A stretch of DNA of 54,849 nucleotides, filler included, from Sphacelaria rigidula (taxonomy: Eukaryota), in assembly GCA_964200075.2 (NCBI GenBank). It is 3 parts of 3 records of this genome, joined end to end, with 100 filler letters (N's around TTAATTAATTAA, not from the genome) between each part and the next. Parts side by side here need not be neighbours in the genome. Positions count along the whole stretch, not along the records: positions 36,640 to 54,849 come from CAXNAA020000894.1; 2 more parts are not named here. One strand, 5' to 3'. A program made the position numbers and the translations under genes. Below the pieces are notes generated by a model. It searched no databases. It was not told the DNA's origin and saw only the letters and a list, made by a program, of their open reading frames with translations. Below, piece after piece: positions 52,151-54,849 of this stretch; position 1 is the stretch's first letter; every line of letters begins with the position of its first letter.

Positions 52151-54107
52151 ATTATGTATGAGATACCTCTATTATGTATACCTGAAAGATCGAGGACGAG
52201 GACAGTTTCGCCACGCAGAATGCCCTCTTGTTGACTTTGTAACCTGTAACGGTGGCGCTACACCATGTGCCGCAACCTACCAGCGTCGTGAAACCGTGCA
52301 TGCAACTGCTACGGGTTTTTGTACACGTAGCTGTACTGTATTCTTTTGTTCGAGATGGTACATGTTGCTCTCGCCACCCGGGTCCTTCCTTTTCGTACAG
52401 ACCGGGATGGAGCTCTATTAAATGGTGCAAGCGTGTTTAGCGGCTATCGGTATGTCGCTACGAGCTGGGCCAGCCAAGAGTGGGCGTGAATCTCGCTCAG
52501 GCGACGCACGGCGCGATATTAGCCGTTGAACGCTGAAATTTTGACAGCAGCTTTTTATGATTGACATGGAGAAGATCACGTGAGCAGCAAAGAAAAAACG
52601 AAAAAAAAAATGTTACGGACATTTGAAATTTTAGCAAAAACAAGATTATGTCAGAAGTCCAGGAAAAAAAGGAGGATCTGCAGCTGCTCACGTGAAGTAT
52701 CAGTTCCTTGGGTGCAAAAGGTCTACCTGGATTTCAGCTCAGGAGTCGTCGAATTGGGCCGTGCTTTCAGCATTTTCCGTGACGCTGCTGCACCCTTATA
52801 AATCAAGTGATGGGAGGCTACAATTATGGAGGTCATGAGTTCGAATCCCAACATATTCTTTTTTTTTTCGTCCGTCGTTAAGGTTATACGTTATGCAGTA
52901 CACTTTTCCATTTTTTTTTTTCAATCAGCGGCGGTGCCGTGTGATACCAGGTTGGTCTACACTTCACAGTGTTATGCTTACATCGGGTTCATTCGGGAAA
53001 CTGGGAAGGCTGTGGTGCGAGCAATTTTTAGCCACTTTTACGCTGGCCCAGCTCGTACTGCGTTCTAAGACACTACACTGTACCAGGTACTAACAACTTG
53101 GGCGATCGGTCTACAGGAGGGTCAGTACAGTCAGTACAGCAGCTAGTACAGTAGCTCTCTTAGCACTTTTGGTCTTGCGGCCGATGCAGCTGCGCCAGTT
53201 ACGATAACATGTAATCCACTCACATTGAGATATTCGGTACTATAGACCTCGCGAGATTTCAAATCAACACAGTCGCTGTGAGCAGAGTACCTGCGAGCAG
53301 AGTACCGCCCGTACTGTCTGTTGTACAACAGTGCACGTGCCTTGCTTGATGTTCCTGAGACTTTCCGCAGAGTAGGACGGTCAGAAGATGGATCCCTCCG
53401 CGTTGAGAGCGCTCGCAGGCAGCTAATGAGAGGGATATTGTGTGAAGAATATGACTCAACGACTGCAACAGCCTAAGCAAGGGAGAAGGGTCCCTGCTTC
53501 ACCCCTTGTCTGGGTCGATGCTTGCTGTTGAACTAGCTGTAGACCTGGACTGACAGTCGATGCTTGCTGTTCAATGTTCAATGTTCGAGGGGTCGTTTAT
53601 GATTTTAGACCCATACGAGTTCAGACCCGCGGTAATGAACAGCTATCAACTTCCGCATGCTTTTCGGTGGACCAGAAGAGCATGCGGTCTGCCACTTGAT
53701 TTTCATGTAAGTAAATGTCACCGGATGACCAAATCTTACCGATAGTAAAACCCGTCTAGCCTTTGATTTCTGTAAATGGGTTGTAAGAGACCGCGGTGTT
53801 CGATAATAACTCGTGACTTCATAAATTAGAACATGACAAGATGAACGCGGCTAGTACCCCTCACTCGTGTTTTGATTGATGTGCGGAATCAGTTGATGTG
53901 CGGAATCAGTTGACTGGCGCGGTTAAGGAGAACCACGTAGGCCGCAGATAGCGTATGCTTGGGCTACCTTGGTATATTAGTCAGACATTATGGTAGAGGA
54001 ATAATCCCCAAACGTAGCGGCTTGCCTTCAATATTGATGGGAAAAATTGCACAAAAGATACTCCATTGGAAACTGGCGGTTACACCGACTGCTGTTGCTG
54101 TGTACAG

Positions 54108-54251
54108 CAACGCCCGGCCGCCTGTCCTGGACTGAGTCGTGCTGCGACTGTGGAGCCGTGGGGGAGGGGGTTGGAAGCAAGGAGAGCTGACATCATGAAA
54201 CGGGTGACGCGAGTTCTCGGTCGCATAAAGGCGTCTTTCATCGAGTTCAAG
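54108..54251 (+). CDS. Candidate exon of an unidentified gene
   Basis: CAG acceptor, 144-nt open frame (...RRADIMKRVTRVLGRIKASFIEFK) and a strong AAG|GTGAGC donor. No family recognised. Confidence 0.35.
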
Positions 54252-54849
54252 GTGAGCTGGAAGTTAAAGATCGGATGTCGCTTCATGGGCGGGTGCCGCA
54301 AGAGCAGACGGGTTTGACACAGAGTGCAGTGCAGTTGGACATCTTGGAGTTTCAAATGTCAGAAGCTATGCCCAATAAAGCTAACTGCAACTGATTAGGG
54401 TGGACAGGTCGTTCAAGCTGTGAACCGATTCGATGGGTGGGTTTCATCCTTGAGCTGCAGTAGCCGTGACGGCGACAGCAGCAGTAGCAACAGCTGCTGC
54501 TCGTTTGATGTTGGCCTTGCTTTGAGTTGAAGAAGCCACTCGTGACGAAACATGCGCAGAAAGGACCTGTGATGCTGCACACAAGACGAAGGCAAGGGCG
54601 GCGCAATTCACCTTTACGTGGTCAGCACACGTACCGTATAGAGCTGATCGTTATGAAACCGCCCGGGAAGACTTTCGAACGACCCACAACTGTCGGCATC
54701 ACTACCGAAGTAGCACATTTAGCAGCTCCTGTAGTAAACCCGCCGCCGGTACTGCACTGGGATGATATTCACGAATGTGTGTTGTGTGTGTGTTGTCGTC
54801 CCATTTATTCTGAGCACCAGTCTACACCTTTCGGTGTATGTGGGTGCAT

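Overview
Eukaryotic, intron-rich and repeat-rich DNA of about 50-55% GC. Gene architecture and transposon types suggest a brown alga or other stramenopile (inference). The window is three contigs joined by two artificial 100-nt spacers (44 N + TTAATTAATTAA + 44 N) at 18222-18321 and 36540-36639. I assembled spliced genes by hand. These are a complete 6-exon YKT6 R-SNARE (- strand, 198 aa), the first exon only of a TM9SF/EMP70 nonaspanin (+), the 3' exons of an unknown coiled-coil protein (+), two exons of a conserved uncharacterised protein with a ParB/Srx-like 'NRRL' motif (+), and a complete but unusually long 7-exon Beclin-1/ATG6 (- strand, about 818 aa). The rest is mostly transposon debris: a full-length decayed LINE, Ty1/copia pol, Ty3/gypsy gag and RNase H relics, piggyBac relics, several MITEs with readable target-site duplications (TSDs) and tRNA-derived SINEs. 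Unexplained structures include a 0.9-kb near-perfect fold-back and a decayed tandem array of hairpin units. Most ORFs in the supplied track are spurious. No CRISPR array, rRNA or intact tRNA was seen.
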